Notes: generated from the sequence alone by a model not told the origin. A stretch of 64,000 bases of DNA from Calditrichales bacterium (GCA_965267575.1 OZ254086.1:4544001-4608000), one strand, 5' to 3'; counted from the first letter of the stretch, positions 18,748-28,633 are shown. Numbers and translations: made by a program.

Positions 18748-19179
18748 ATGCGTTCTTTCATTCATTGGTTGGCTGCTCTTTCGGTTGTTGCGGTTGCGAT
18801 GATCGGCTGCAGCGAAAACAGCACGGAATCCGAATCCGGCAATTACCCTAACCCGCTGGCCAATACCACATGGTTTGCCAGTGCGGCCGTCAGCGGTGAT
18901 GAGGACGGCTATCTTCACATCAGCGCCTCGCAAATCGTCTCTTATGACGAAGATTTTGAAGAAGGCGCCGATTGCTGGGGACAGCATGGCCCGGCCGGTT
19001 ACGAGGTGACCGGCAACAACAGCATCAAAACGGAAGGTGTTACCATCACCTATACGCTGAGTGCTGACAGCAGCACGCTGAACCTGGTTGTGAACGGCAA
19101 CGCCCTCTACCCCTACACACGCAGCAGCGTGGACGTAAGCACGCTGAATGTCTGCAATGTAGACCCGACCCTTTTCTAA
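18748..19179 (+). CDS. Hypothetical lipoprotein (beta-rich, possibly lipocalin-like)
   Basis: Lipobox 'MIG-C'; SD 'gggagg'; two additional Cys. Confidence 0.75.
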   Translation: MRSFIHWLAALSVVAVAMIGCSENSTESESGNYPNPLANTTWFASAAVSGDEDGYLHISASQIVSYDEDFEEGADCWGQHGPAGYEVTGNNSIKTEGVTITYTLSADSSTLNLVVNGNALYPYTRSSVDVSTLNVCNVDPTLF

Positions 19180-19202
19180 TTCTCCCCCGCACACTTTTTT
19201 TG

Positions 19203-19240
19203 AAATGCAGCCATGTTCCCCGCGTGGCTGCATTTTTTTA
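19203..19240 (+). terminator. Intrinsic terminator
   Basis: AAATGCAGCCA...TGGCTGCATTT stem followed by a T-run. Confidence 0.8.
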
Positions 19241-19375
19241 TCCGTTGCCCGGTCGGCATATTCTCGATGCCTCTCCGGCCTCTTGAACCCGAAGGCAACA
19301 GGCAATATAATTGAGCACGGCGATGAAACAATCGCCCCCTTTTATTACACGACCCATTAACCCTTTGGAGGAGAG

Positions 19376-19960
19376 ATGAAGCGTTTTACGTTTATAGGAG
19401 GATTAATTTTCCTGGTGGTTTTATTTGTGGCCGGCGAAACCGTTTTTGCTCAGGGCCAGAAAGTGCGCGCCAGCCTTAAGGCCAAAACCACGCAAACCAT
19501 AGGCGCGGATACCGAGATCACCATCGCGTACAGCCGGCCCGGCGTAAAAGACCGCGCCATCTGGGGTGAGCTGGTGCCCTACGGATTAAAGCCCGGTAAC
19601 AAATATTCGGACAACAAGCCTTTCCCCTGGCGAGCCGGTGCCGACGAGAATACCACAATCAGCTTTAACAACGACCTGCTTGTGGAAGGCGAAAAGCTGC
19701 CGGCCGGTACATACAGCATCCATATGATTCCCGCTGAAGATGAGTGGACCGTTATTTTCAACAAGGTGTATGATGCCTGGGGCAGCTATTCCTATGATGA
19801 AAGCCAGGACGCGCTGCGCGTGAAGGTAACTCCGCAAAAAGCCCCGCACCAGGAGTGGCTGGTTTATGGTTTTGATGAACTGGAGGGCACATCAGCCACG
19901 GCATACCTGCACTGGGAAGAGTTGAAAGTGCCGTTTAAAGTGCAACTGGCCGACCAATAA
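19376..19960 (+). CDS. DUF2911 domain secreted protein
   Basis: 'ITIAYSRPGVKDRAIWGELVPYG...WRAGADENT...WGSYSY...DALRV...LHWE'. Confidence 0.88.
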   Translation: MKRFTFIGGLIFLVVLFVAGETVFAQGQKVRASLKAKTTQTIGADTEITIAYSRPGVKDRAIWGELVPYGLKPGNKYSDNKPFPWRAGADENTTISFNNDLLVEGEKLPAGTYSIHMIPAEDEWTVIFNKVYDAWGSYSYDESQDALRVKVTPQKAPHQEWLVYGFDELEGTSATAYLHWEELKVPFKVQLADQ

Positions 19961-19981
19961 AAACCTTAAAAAGAGGAGGAT

Positions 19982-20422
19982 ATGATGGCCGTTAACCCCG
20001 TCCCCGCCGGCTACCATACGATTACCCCCTACCTTATCGTGGATGATTGTGACAGGTTGATCACCTTTTTGAAAAAGGGTCTCGACGCGCGGGAAACGAC
20101 CCCGCCGCACCGCAACGAAGACGGTTCGGTGATGCACGCCGAATTGAAGATCGGTAACAGCATGCTGATGATGAGCCAGGCCACTGACGGCTTTCCCGCC
20201 ATGCCCTGCATGATTCATCTTTACGTGGAAGACAGCGACGCTCTATACAAAAAGGCCCTGGCCGCCGGCGGCACGTCCATACGCGAGCCGGAAAACCAGT
20301 TTTACGGCGACCGCAGCGGCGGCGTTAAAGATCCCTGCGGCAACCAGTGGTGGATCTCCACGCACATTGAAGACGTTTCCGAAGAAGAGATGCAACGGCG
20401 GATGAATAAAAGTGGGGAGTAA
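19982..20422 (+). CDS. VOC family (PhnB-like) protein
   Basis: 'PAGYHTITPYL', 'MHAELKIGNS', 'QFYGDRSGGVKDPCGNQWWI'. Confidence 0.9.
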   Translation: MMAVNPVPAGYHTITPYLIVDDCDRLITFLKKGLDARETTPPHRNEDGSVMHAELKIGNSMLMMSQATDGFPAMPCMIHLYVEDSDALYKKALAAGGTSIREPENQFYGDRSGGVKDPCGNQWWISTHIEDVSEEEMQRRMNKSGE

Positions 20423-20425
20423 GAA

Positions 20426-20512
20426 ACAACCCCTTAATCCCCTTTTTTAAGGGGAAACACATGTTTTGACTGCATATCAATTCCCCCTTATCAAAGGGGG
20501 TTAGGGGGTTGT
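20426..20512. repeat. Inverted pair of REP-like hairpins (REPIN architecture)
   Basis: acaaccccttaatccccttttttaaggggaa ... ttcccccttatcaaagggggttagggggttgt, between convergent genes. Confidence 0.75.
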
Positions 20513-20533
20513 CGGGCGCATGGCGGCAAACTC

Positions 20534-21490
20534 TCAAAACAAAAACGGCAGCACCTGGAACTGCTTGCTGAGAAGCAGCCTGTTGTCATCGCCAAATGTG
20601 TAGGCCAGCTTAAACTCGCCCCAGCTCACAAAAGCGCCCCATTGCGCGCCGCCGTCAAAGGGGTTGCGCAGAAAGCCGCTTTTTTCAGAAGCCAGCAACG
20701 CGCCCACGCTGACATAGGCCGGCTTTAAATAATTGCCCTTGCCCCAGCCCTTGTTAAAAAAATAGTGCCGCAACCCAAGCTCTGCCGCGGAAAGCAGCAG
20801 GAAGTCGTTGCTGCTATTGGCGTTCTTGTCATAATTAAGATAAGCCGTGTTGTACGCCATTATCAGCTCCAGCGGGCCGGGAGCGCCGTTTTCATCCACG
20901 CCAAAAGCGGGTATGCCGCGCAGCAGAAAGTGGTTGACGGCAGCCTCCAGAAGGTTCAGCCGTGCCGAGTTGGGCCCGTACTTCACTTCAAAATGGCGCA
21001 GGCGTTCCATGCTTTGCTCCAGCGATGCCCGCGTTTGCTGCACCTGCAGATCGTTGACCGGCTGCAGCAGGCGGTCCGTTTGCCCGGGTCCGACGGCTTC
21101 ATCCAGCAGCCGGCCAAGCTGCCCGTTGCTGACGGCTTTTACATATTGCAGTGATGCTTCCAGGTCGCCTTGCGGACCATCCTGCCGAAATACAAAATCG
21201 CTTTGGCTGGAACGCAGGGTCGTGGCAATACCGGGCTGATCTACGCCGGCGGATGTTTGCATGGTGGCGGCGGCCTGCTCCAGCACAGCCAGGTGGCCGT
21301 TAAGCTCAGCCGTCGCCTCGGGAAAGAGTGAATCAAACGGGGTGAGATAAAGGGCGTGGCGCGTGTTTTCAACAATCGCACGCAGCAGCTGCGGATAGCT
21401 TTGTGTTTGCAGCGTATCCTGCGCCGGCAGCCACAACGGCGCCGCCAGCAGACAGACAATCACCCCATGCAGTTTCAGACGCTTAACCAT
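20534..21490 (-). CDS. Hypothetical secreted protein with C-terminal beta-strands ending in Phe
   Basis: Signal peptide 'LHGVIVCLLAAPLWLPA-Q'; start overlaps the upstream hydrolase. Confidence 0.7.
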   Translation of the reverse strand: MVKRLKLHGVIVCLLAAPLWLPAQDTLQTQSYPQLLRAIVENTRHALYLTPFDSLFPEATAELNGHLAVLEQAAATMQTSAGVDQPGIATTLRSSQSDFVFRQDGPQGDLEASLQYVKAVSNGQLGRLLDEAVGPGQTDRLLQPVNDLQVQQTRASLEQSMERLRHFEVKYGPNSARLNLLEAAVNHFLLRGIPAFGVDENGAPGPLELIMAYNTAYLNYDKNANSSNDFLLLSAAELGLRHYFFNKGWGKGNYLKPAYVSVGALLASEKSGFLRNPFDGGAQWGAFVSWGEFKLAYTFGDDNRLLLSKQFQVLPFLF

Positions 21491-22452
21491 TTTACCAGGT
21501 CCCCTTTATTTTGCGTGATGTAGCCTTCCCAGGAATGCGGGTTACTCAAAGGCAGCGCGGGTCCGGCGCCGTTCTCCCTGTCATTGGTCAGGCGGGCGGT
21601 CAGTTCATCTTCATCTTTGATATTCAAAACCGTCTGCGCGTCGACGATGGAATCCTGCCCGTTCACCTGCATGTAAGCCCATTCCAGTTTGCGGCCCAAC
21701 AGAAAACCGCCCACGGGATCGAAGTCGCCGGTGACGGCGGCCCAATGCTTCACGGAAGGGACCGCTCTTTTGGTAACGGGATCGGTCTCTGCCGGAATTG
21801 TGAGCGTGTCGCCGGCAATAGTGGCCAGTTTGCGGTGTGAAACAATCGGCACAAGCTGCTGGGCAAAGGCGCGGATAAGCTGCACCGGGGAGGCCATGAA
21901 AATAACGTTTTCGAACTGCATGGCGTCGGTAACCGGCAGCAGGCGGTGTTGGGGGTGGTTGGCCGCGGCATGCAGCATCTCGTAGGTGTGGAAGCAGCCC
22001 AGGCTGTGGCAGATGATGGAAATTTTCTGGCGCCGGAAAGGCACACCGGAACTGTTGCCGTCCAGCCGTATCTGCTTGATCTGTGCCAGGTAGCGCTCAC
22101 GGATCATCAGCCGCGACGCTTCGTTGAGGACGGGAAAAATCACGTCCCCGGCATATTCGGCAACGGCCCGACCCAGCTTGCCGCCAACGTTTTCCAGCAC
22201 GCGCAGGTGCAGCCAGTCTTTAATGCCGCCAACAGCCTCGGCCAGGCGCACTTTTTCGGCCATCCAGTCGTTCATGTCATCGTAATAGAGAAAATAAACG
22301 GCCAGTTTTGAAGCAATTTCGCTGCCTACCGTGGCTTTAAAGCGGGTGATCAGTGCGTCGTAGTCACCCGGTTTGCTGTTACCGACGCCATGCACAAAAA
22401 GAACGGCGTGACGATCGGGCCAGGATTGCGATTCAGGCTGCCATGCGCACAT
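21475..22452 (-). CDS. Alpha/beta-hydrolase (lipase-like) protein
   Basis: 'VLFVHGVG', nucleophile elbow 'ICHSLG', 'DFDPVG', 'NPHSW'. Confidence 0.72.
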   Translation of the reverse strand: MCAWQPESQSWPDRHAVLFVHGVGNSKPGDYDALITRFKATVGSEIASKLAVYFLYYDDMNDWMAEKVRLAEAVGGIKDWLHLRVLENVGGKLGRAVAEYAGDVIFPVLNEASRLMIRERYLAQIKQIRLDGNSSGVPFRRQKISIICHSLGCFHTYEMLHAAANHPQHRLLPVTDAMQFENVIFMASPVQLIRAFAQQLVPIVSHRKLATIAGDTLTIPAETDPVTKRAVPSVKHWAAVTGDFDPVGGFLLGRKLEWAYMQVNGQDSIVDAQTVLNIKDEDELTARLTNDRENGAGPALPLSNPHSWEGYITQNKGDLVKWLSV

Positions 22453-22663
22453 CGTAGCCTCCGCAGAAAGTTGAACATTCAGGTTGGTAAAAAGATATAA
22501 GGCAGATTAACACAATCTGCCGCTTAAATCCACATTTAATTGTGTTTGGCGGATTGCAGCACGGGCCGGTTAAAATACAATCCAAACAGCTTTAAAACAT
22601 TGCCCGATTGCCAGAGGCGGCACGGCGCATTATTTTGTCGGAAAAAATTAACGGGAATACTTT

Positions 22664-23503
22664 ATGAAAAAATGGTTGATTAGCGGATTGATGCTGGCGC
22701 TTCTTATGGGCTGCAGCGCGGTAAAGCTGGGCTACAACAATGCCGACCTGCTGCTGGAGTGGCAGATCGATAAGTATTTTGACCTGGACAGCGAGCAGGA
22801 AACTTTTGTGGAAGAACGCCTGGATTACCACCTGAAATGGCATCGTGACACGCAAATGCCGCGCTATTCCGCCTTTACCGAAGAACTGGCCGCAAAGCTT
22901 TCCGACGGGTTAAGCAGCGAGGAGTACGATTGGTTTTTTGCCGAAGTGCAAAGCGCTTACCGCGATTTGGTAGAACGCATCGCGCCGGATGCCGCCACCC
23001 TGCTGCGCGGCCTGTCCGATGAACAGATCCGCCATTACCGCGAAAAGCTGGAAGAACGCAACGAAGAACGCCGCGAGTGGGTACAACGCTCCGATGAAGA
23101 GCATCTGGAGCGTCGCGTGGAACGCACCGTTGAGCGCATGGAAGAGTGGCTGGGCTCCGTCTCCCCTGCCCAGCGCATTTATCTCAAGCGTGGTCTTTCC
23201 GAAATCCCGCGCACGACAAAATACTGGGTCGATCACAGCCTCAACCGCCAGCAAGCCTTTATCGATTTACTGCAATCCAAGCCGCCACATGATATTTTTG
23301 TATCCCGCCTGAAAAGCTGGTTTATCGATTGGGAGCAGGGCCAATCCCCCGAATACGCCAAAATCGATGAACGCCACGACGCCATGGCTAAACAACTGGC
23401 CCTGGATATCGACCAGATGCTCTCCAACGAGCAACGCCAATACGCCGTGGAGCGCATCCGCAACTACCACGTGGATTTCCGCGAGCTGGCGGCAAGGGAA
23501 TGA
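22664..23503 (+). CDS. Helical lipoprotein (DUF6279-like)
   Basis: 'LLMG-CSAVKLGYNNAD...YFDLDSEQ...WHRDTQMPRY'. Confidence 0.8.
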   Translation: MKKWLISGLMLALLMGCSAVKLGYNNADLLLEWQIDKYFDLDSEQETFVEERLDYHLKWHRDTQMPRYSAFTEELAAKLSDGLSSEEYDWFFAEVQSAYRDLVERIAPDAATLLRGLSDEQIRHYREKLEERNEERREWVQRSDEEHLERRVERTVERMEEWLGSVSPAQRIYLKRGLSEIPRTTKYWVDHSLNRQQAFIDLLQSKPPHDIFVSRLKSWFIDWEQGQSPEYAKIDERHDAMAKQLALDIDQMLSNEQRQYAVERIRNYHVDFRELAARE

Positions 23504-23513
23504 AAGATGTGCC

Positions 23514-23545
23514 AGAGTGTTAGGGTGTTAGGGTGTTAAAGTGTA
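23514..23545. repeat. 8-bp tandem repeat (AGGGTGTT)x~4
   Basis: agagtgtt agggtgtt agggtgtt aaagtgta. Confidence 0.6.
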
Positions 23546-23679
23546 TGTTCGCGTCTAATCATACTCGGTAATCGAAATCGCCATCGGAACCGGTATTCGG
23601 GTGTTTAGGTAATCCATGATCATGCTCTCCCTGCCTTTCTTCTTCGTTTTCATTCTCTTTCTCATTGTCCACTTCTTCC

Positions 23680-23785
23680 CGTCCTGCCATTTCAAACCCG
23701 GCGGCTGCCGGGTGAAAAATCCGGGGCGCATCAAGCTTCCGGATCTCTCACGCCTGCCGGCGATTTGAGATGACAGTATGGGACG
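23680..23785. repeat. Cruciform palindromic element (GTCAT/ATGAC family)
   Basis: Outer stem ctgccatttcaaa/tttgagatgacag; hairpin acccggc-ggct-gccgggt; stem tgaaaaatccgg/ccggatctctca; hairpin cgcc-tgcc-ggcg. Confidence 0.7.
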
Positions 23786-23927
23786 CTACCTCATATCGGG
23801 CGGCTATATGTGGTCAAAGTACCTTGCCAGGAGAAATAGTTTTTTTAAGCAGAGGTATTAATGTATTTTCCGGCTACCTGTTATTTTTGCTGAATTCTTC
23901 ATTTAAATAAGCCGGAGAGGTACACAC

Positions 23928-24902
23928 ATGAGAGCAGCCTGGTATGAAAAACAGGGTGTCGCAAAGGACGTTCTGATCGTCGGGGAGATGCCGACACCGG
24001 AAGCGGGACCGGGTGAAGTACGCATTCGCCTGGCTGTCTCAGGGATTAATCCCGGGGATATAAAGAAACGGCAAGACGCCTTCGGTTATGGCATGGCCTA
24101 CCCGCGCGTTATTCCCCATAGCGATGGCGCCGGGCAGGTGGACCAGGTCGGTGATGGTGTTTCTGAAGAGTGGCTGGGACGGCCGGTGTGGTGTTACGGG
24201 GCTCAATCGTACCGCGCTTTTGGTACGGCCGCCGGGTATTGCACTGTTCCCCTGACAAATGCGATTGCAATGCCCGAAAGTATGTCGATGGAACAAGGCG
24301 CCTGCCTGGGTATTCCCGGTATCACCGCTCATCGGGCCGTGCACACGGCGGGTCCGGTAAAAGGTCGCATCGTTTTGGTACAGGGGGGCGCGGGGGCTGT
24401 AGGTTTATGCGCCGTTCAACTGGCCCACCATGCCGGAGCACACGTTATCGCCACTGTCCGCTCCTCATCGGATGAGGCAGGCGTCAGGGCTGCGGGAGCG
24501 GATGAAGTTGTATTGGCTGATAAATCCCTGACCGAACGCATGCAAAAAATTGCCCCGGAGGGTGTAGACCATATTGTGGAAGTGGCCTTTGGCGCCAACA
24601 TTGCCACCGATATTGAACTGCTGGCGGTGGGTGGTTCTATTGCCACCTACGCGACCAATACAGCCGAACCGGAGATCCCGTTTTGGCATCTTGTGTTTAA
24701 GAACATCCGCGTTTTCTTTTTGGGCAGCGACGATTTTCCGGCAGAGGCGAAGATGCAAGCGGCACTGGATCTTAACGCCGCCTTTGAGTCCGGTTGGACC
24801 GGGTTTGAAATCGCCGAACGGGTTCCGCTGGAAGAGATTGCCAGGGCGCATGAACTGATGGAACGTCCAAAGCGCCGGGGACGCGTTGTTTTGACGCTAT
24901 AA
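23928..24902 (+). CDS. NADPH:quinone reductase (MDR/zeta-crystallin family)
   Basis: 'GINPGDIK', 'PHSDGAG', 'GACLGIPGITAH', 'VQGGAGAVG'. Confidence 0.9.
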   Translation: MRAAWYEKQGVAKDVLIVGEMPTPEAGPGEVRIRLAVSGINPGDIKKRQDAFGYGMAYPRVIPHSDGAGQVDQVGDGVSEEWLGRPVWCYGAQSYRAFGTAAGYCTVPLTNAIAMPESMSMEQGACLGIPGITAHRAVHTAGPVKGRIVLVQGGAGAVGLCAVQLAHHAGAHVIATVRSSSDEAGVRAAGADEVVLADKSLTERMQKIAPEGVDHIVEVAFGANIATDIELLAVGGSIATYATNTAEPEIPFWHLVFKNIRVFFLGSDDFPAEAKMQAALDLNAAFESGWTGFEIAERVPLEEIARAHELMERPKRRGRVVLTL

Positions 24903-24981
24903 TAGCGTTCTTTGTTGGACTTAGAAGATCGCAAGCAAGCCTATAAGAAAAATAAAGCCAAGGATAAATTAAACACGTATG

Positions 24982-26001
24982 TTAATTTCGATCTAAATGT
25001 TCTTGCAGGAAGAGTATCATGTCGTTTAGTACAGGTATAGCATCCTCTTCGAAACAGTGGCCAAAGATCTCACTACAGCCGCTATCTAAATAGGCATGGT
25101 TCAGCCCTTCATATATACTAAATTCCACGGGTTGACCTGCCGCTTTTAGCCGAGATACATAAGTTTCGATTTCTTCGGGTGGAGTGGCTTTGTCGTTTGA
25201 ACCTACATGAACAAACTGTGGAGGTAATTGTACTTTATTGTGGTTTGGAATATTTAAAATAGGCGAATGCAATTCATACAGGTCAGGATTGTTTTTAAGA
25301 TTATAACCATTACCAAAAAGGCCTCTCGGTTTTACCCCTGCAAATTTCCATACCCCATTTCGTTTTGTTTCGAAACCACGTTCAGCACGAACAATGACAT
25401 TTATAACTGGATAACTAAGGATGGCTGCCTGTACACTTAACAGTCCTTCATCTCCTATTTGCTCAACTGACATATTATTTGGCATCCAGCTTGGATTGAA
25501 TCCATAATTATCTCCCGCATAAGCGTCTGCCACCAATGTGTTACTTTGAGTTAGTACCATTGCCGCAAGATGACCGCCTGCACTATCGCCCGTTATCGCA
25601 ATTTGAGATGCATCACCGCCATAATCGGAAATATGTTCCTTGATCCAGAGTAAACTTCCTAATACGTCTTCAACTATTTCATTGAGCGTTACACTATTAT
25701 TTTGATCTCCAAGCAGACGGTAGTTAACATTGCAAACAACTAATTCACCATGTTGTACCAGGTATTCTGAAGCCTGGCTCATTATTTGTTTGCTGTTGGC
25801 CAACCATGCCCCGCCATGCCAGATTACCATAACCGGGTAACTATCCTTTCCGCTCAACGGTTTATAAATATCCATCGTAAGGTCAAAGCCTTCGGGCGAA
25901 GCATACAGAACATTTTTATTTACTTTAAAAGCTATTTCTTGACTAATGATTGGTACACAAAATAATACGATTATCGAAAATACAAGTGTAATTTGCTTCA
26001 T
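24982..26001 (-). CDS. Secreted alpha/beta hydrolase (HSL-like esterase)
   Basis: 'WHGGAW', 'GDSAGGHLA', His in 'LNHAY'. Signal peptide from MKQIT. AT-rich gene. Confidence 0.88.
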   Translation of the reverse strand: MKQITLVFSIIVLFCVPIISQEIAFKVNKNVLYASPEGFDLTMDIYKPLSGKDSYPVMVIWHGGAWLANSKQIMSQASEYLVQHGELVVCNVNYRLLGDQNNSVTLNEIVEDVLGSLLWIKEHISDYGGDASQIAITGDSAGGHLAAMVLTQSNTLVADAYAGDNYGFNPSWMPNNMSVEQIGDEGLLSVQAAILSYPVINVIVRAERGFETKRNGVWKFAGVKPRGLFGNGYNLKNNPDLYELHSPILNIPNHNKVQLPPQFVHVGSNDKATPPEEIETYVSRLKAAGQPVEFSIYEGLNHAYLDSGCSEIFGHCFEEDAIPVLNDMILFLQEHLDRN

Positions 26002-26173
26002 AAGGTTAACTTTTATTCGTTTTCCGGTTAGGCTGCCCAAAAGGCCGGAAGAATATAAAGCAAAAAAGGATTATAAAGTAAAATTGAGGATTTGACATTA
26101 GCATTCGGATAAAGATACTTTCTTTACAAAAAGGGAACTTTTTCCAAAAAGATTTTAGGACGCGTACAATACA

Positions 26174-26632
26174 ATGAATCTAAATTTTGAAAAAATAGAT
26201 CACGCTATATCGGGCTTTATGCAGCGCTGGGGCATTACGGCATTGCGCGTATCGCTGGGCATTATCTTTATCTGGTTTGGTATCTTGAAACCTTTTGGTT
26301 TGTCTTCGGCGCAACCACTGGTTGAGGATACGGTCAACTGGATGCCGTTTTTTGCCCCGGCCACATGGGTTTCGGTGATCGGCTGGTGGGAAGTCGTTAT
26401 TGGCGTGGCCTTCTTTTTCAATGCCACGATTCGGCTGGCCATTGCCCTGCTTGCCACGCAGATGGTGGGGACGTTTATGCCGCTGGTTATCCTGCCGGAA
26501 GTGACCTTCCAGGCCGGGCATCTGCCTTACGCGCCCACGTTGGAGGGACAGTACATCATCAAAAACCTGCTGATCATATCGGCCGCGCTGGTTATCGGCG
26601 GGACGTTGAATAATAAGAGCAACAAGGTTTAA
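26174..26632 (+). CDS. DoxX/DUF417-like membrane protein
   Basis: 'LRVSLGIIFIWFGILK...GQYIIKNL'. Confidence 0.8.
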   Translation: MNLNFEKIDHAISGFMQRWGITALRVSLGIIFIWFGILKPFGLSSAQPLVEDTVNWMPFFAPATWVSVIGWWEVVIGVAFFFNATIRLAIALLATQMVGTFMPLVILPEVTFQAGHLPYAPTLEGQYIIKNLLIISAALVIGGTLNNKSNKV

Positions 26633-26652
26633 TTACATTTATTCAAAGACTT

Positions 26653-27285
26653 ATGGCATCTGAGGTGAACACAATACACAATAATCGATCCGTAGAAATC
26701 CGCTGGATCAGAATCGGTATTCTCGGAGGACTCTGCGCGAGCATCTTGTACCCAGTCCTCCTGTTCGCCCCGCTTTCATTACCCCTCACGGCGGCCGTAG
26801 CGTCGTTCCTCGGTCCGGCGATCGGCGTTGGTAGCCTTGGCCTGTACAGGCTCATCAGACTCCATGCGCCTTCGGTGTCTGGAGCTCTTGGTGCAATACA
26901 CAACATCATTGCCGGCGCGCTTTTCACCGCCATGGCGCTGGTGCAGCTCGCCGTCCGTTCTCAGGCACCAACCGGCAGCGCTGCCGATCTCGTCGGCGTT
27001 TGGCTCGGTATCGATGTGGCGTGGGATATCTACATCGGTCTGGGCACATTAGCCTTTGGCTGGGCTATGCGGCACCATCCACGCTTCGGCTGGCCATTCG
27101 CTGTCACGGGGATGCTTTTAGGGCTACTTGAGATCATCCTGAATCTTCTCCCGTTTCCTACTCCACCGGCAAATGCCGGGTCGGTCGACATCGGCCCCGT
27201 CGTTGGGCTCTGGTACCTGGCTTCGACAATTCAGGCGTGGCGCAGCCTCTCCTGGGCCGGCGAACGTTGCAAGCCTGACGCTTAA
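26653..27285 (+). CDS. Hypothetical membrane protein
   Basis: About 6 hydrophobic segments; GC-rich compared with its neighbours. Confidence 0.65.
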   Translation: MASEVNTIHNNRSVEIRWIRIGILGGLCASILYPVLLFAPLSLPLTAAVASFLGPAIGVGSLGLYRLIRLHAPSVSGALGAIHNIIAGALFTAMALVQLAVRSQAPTGSAADLVGVWLGIDVAWDIYIGLGTLAFGWAMRHHPRFGWPFAVTGMLLGLLEIILNLLPFPTPPANAGSVDIGPVVGLWYLASTIQAWRSLSWAGERCKPDA

Positions 27286-27427
27286 CCATCCATGCTCCTC
27301 TTGTTGAATTTTTCTGAGCACGGGCTATATTTGTCCCATCCCGAAATACTATCTTTATAAAATATGTATGATGCTGCCTTGACGGATTTTGCAGCCTTTC
27401 ATCTACTTACAGAAGGGAGACAGCGTT

Positions 27428-28105
27428 ATGGACGTAAACAGCTTAAAGTACAGGGTTGAGCTGGCCATTACCGTTTTAAGCCTGCTCACAATCATCATTT
27501 TTCCGGCGATTGGTTTTGCGGTAGCTCTTCTGGCTATACTTGTCTATCTGACGATCGGTAAGACCAGAGTGGAAGACTTTCGCTCCATTGGTTTTAAATC
27601 ACCGCCAAACTGGTGGAGCACGATAATCATTTGCCTGTTCCTGGGCATCGCCATCGAAGTGGGTTTCCAGGTTTTTATCAATCCCCTGCTGGAGATGCTT
27701 ACCGCCTCTAAGATTGACTTGTCACAATTTGAAACTGTTCCGGGCAACGTCACCAATTTCCTGATATGGATTGTTATTGGCTGGATTGTCGGCGGTCTTT
27801 TTGAAGAGATCGTTTTTCGGGGGTTTTTAATTACCCGAATCTCTTCGCTTTTTAAGGACAGCAGGCTGGCCGGCGATATCACAGGCATCGTGCTGACCTC
27901 CGTGGCTTTCGGTATCAGTCACATGTACCAGGGCTGGAGCGGTGTTTTAAGCACCGGGCTGATTGCCGCGTTGTTTGGCATCATTTTTATCCGCAGCAAC
28001 AAAGTCTTATGGTATCCGATCCTTACCCATGGTTTTGTAAACATGGCCGGTTTTACCATCTTGTTTTATGATTATGGAGACAAATTGAATAATCTTATCT
28101 TTTAG
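27428..28105 (+). CDS. CPBP intramembrane metalloprotease
   Basis: 'FEEIVFRGF', 'FGISHMYQG', 'LTHGFVN'. SD 'aaggga' before ATG 27428. Confidence 0.9.
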   Translation: MDVNSLKYRVELAITVLSLLTIIIFPAIGFAVALLAILVYLTIGKTRVEDFRSIGFKSPPNWWSTIIICLFLGIAIEVGFQVFINPLLEMLTASKIDLSQFETVPGNVTNFLIWIVIGWIVGGLFEEIVFRGFLITRISSLFKDSRLAGDITGIVLTSVAFGISHMYQGWSGVLSTGLIAALFGIIFIRSNKVLWYPILTHGFVNMAGFTILFYDYGDKLNNLIF

Positions 28106-28128
28106 AATTGCCACAAAAACAATCGGTG

Positions 28129-28611
28129 ATGACAACCTTTATTAAAAACATTTTTCTCAGAATACGGCATGTGGCCCTTTACGGTTTGTTATTGGCTGTG
28201 CTGGTTTTTGTACTGAAATGGCTGCAATGGAAATACCTGATCGTTGATATCTCCATTGAACTTTACATCGGCCTGATCGCCCTCTTTTTCACCATCCTGG
28301 GGGTGTGGGTGGCCACGCAACTGGTGAAGCCTAAGGTGCATAAAGAGATCGTGGAAAAGGAAGTCTATGTCACGCCACCCGGCGCGGGTACAATCAACAA
28401 AAACAATCTTGAAAAGCTGAAACTGAGCAGCCGCGAATATGAAGTGCTGCAACTTTTGGCCCGTGGCCACAGCAACGCCGACATTGCCGAAAAACTGTTC
28501 CTATCGATTAGCACGGTCAAAACACACGTTTCCAATCTCTTTATAAAAATGGATGTAAAAAGCCGAACACAAGCCATCGAGAAGGCCGGCCGGCTGAATA
28601 TAATAGAATAA
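28129..28611 (+). CDS. Membrane-anchored LuxR-type HTH regulator
   Basis: Two N-terminal TM segments, then 'LSSREYEVLQLLARGHSNADIAEKLFLSISTVKTHVSNL'. Confidence 0.9.
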   Translation: MTTFIKNIFLRIRHVALYGLLLAVLVFVLKWLQWKYLIVDISIELYIGLIALFFTILGVWVATQLVKPKVHKEIVEKEVYVTPPGAGTINKNNLEKLKLSSREYEVLQLLARGHSNADIAEKLFLSISTVKTHVSNLFIKMDVKSRTQAIEKAGRLNIIE

Positions 28612-28633
28612 ATCCGGAGAACGATTTCCAGGC

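Noticed and set aside
23514..23545. Telomere-like TTAGGG
   Set aside because: The period is 8 bp with about four degenerate copies, so it is a simple intergenic repeat. A similar 8-mer run (gaatgact) lies at ~29370-29392.
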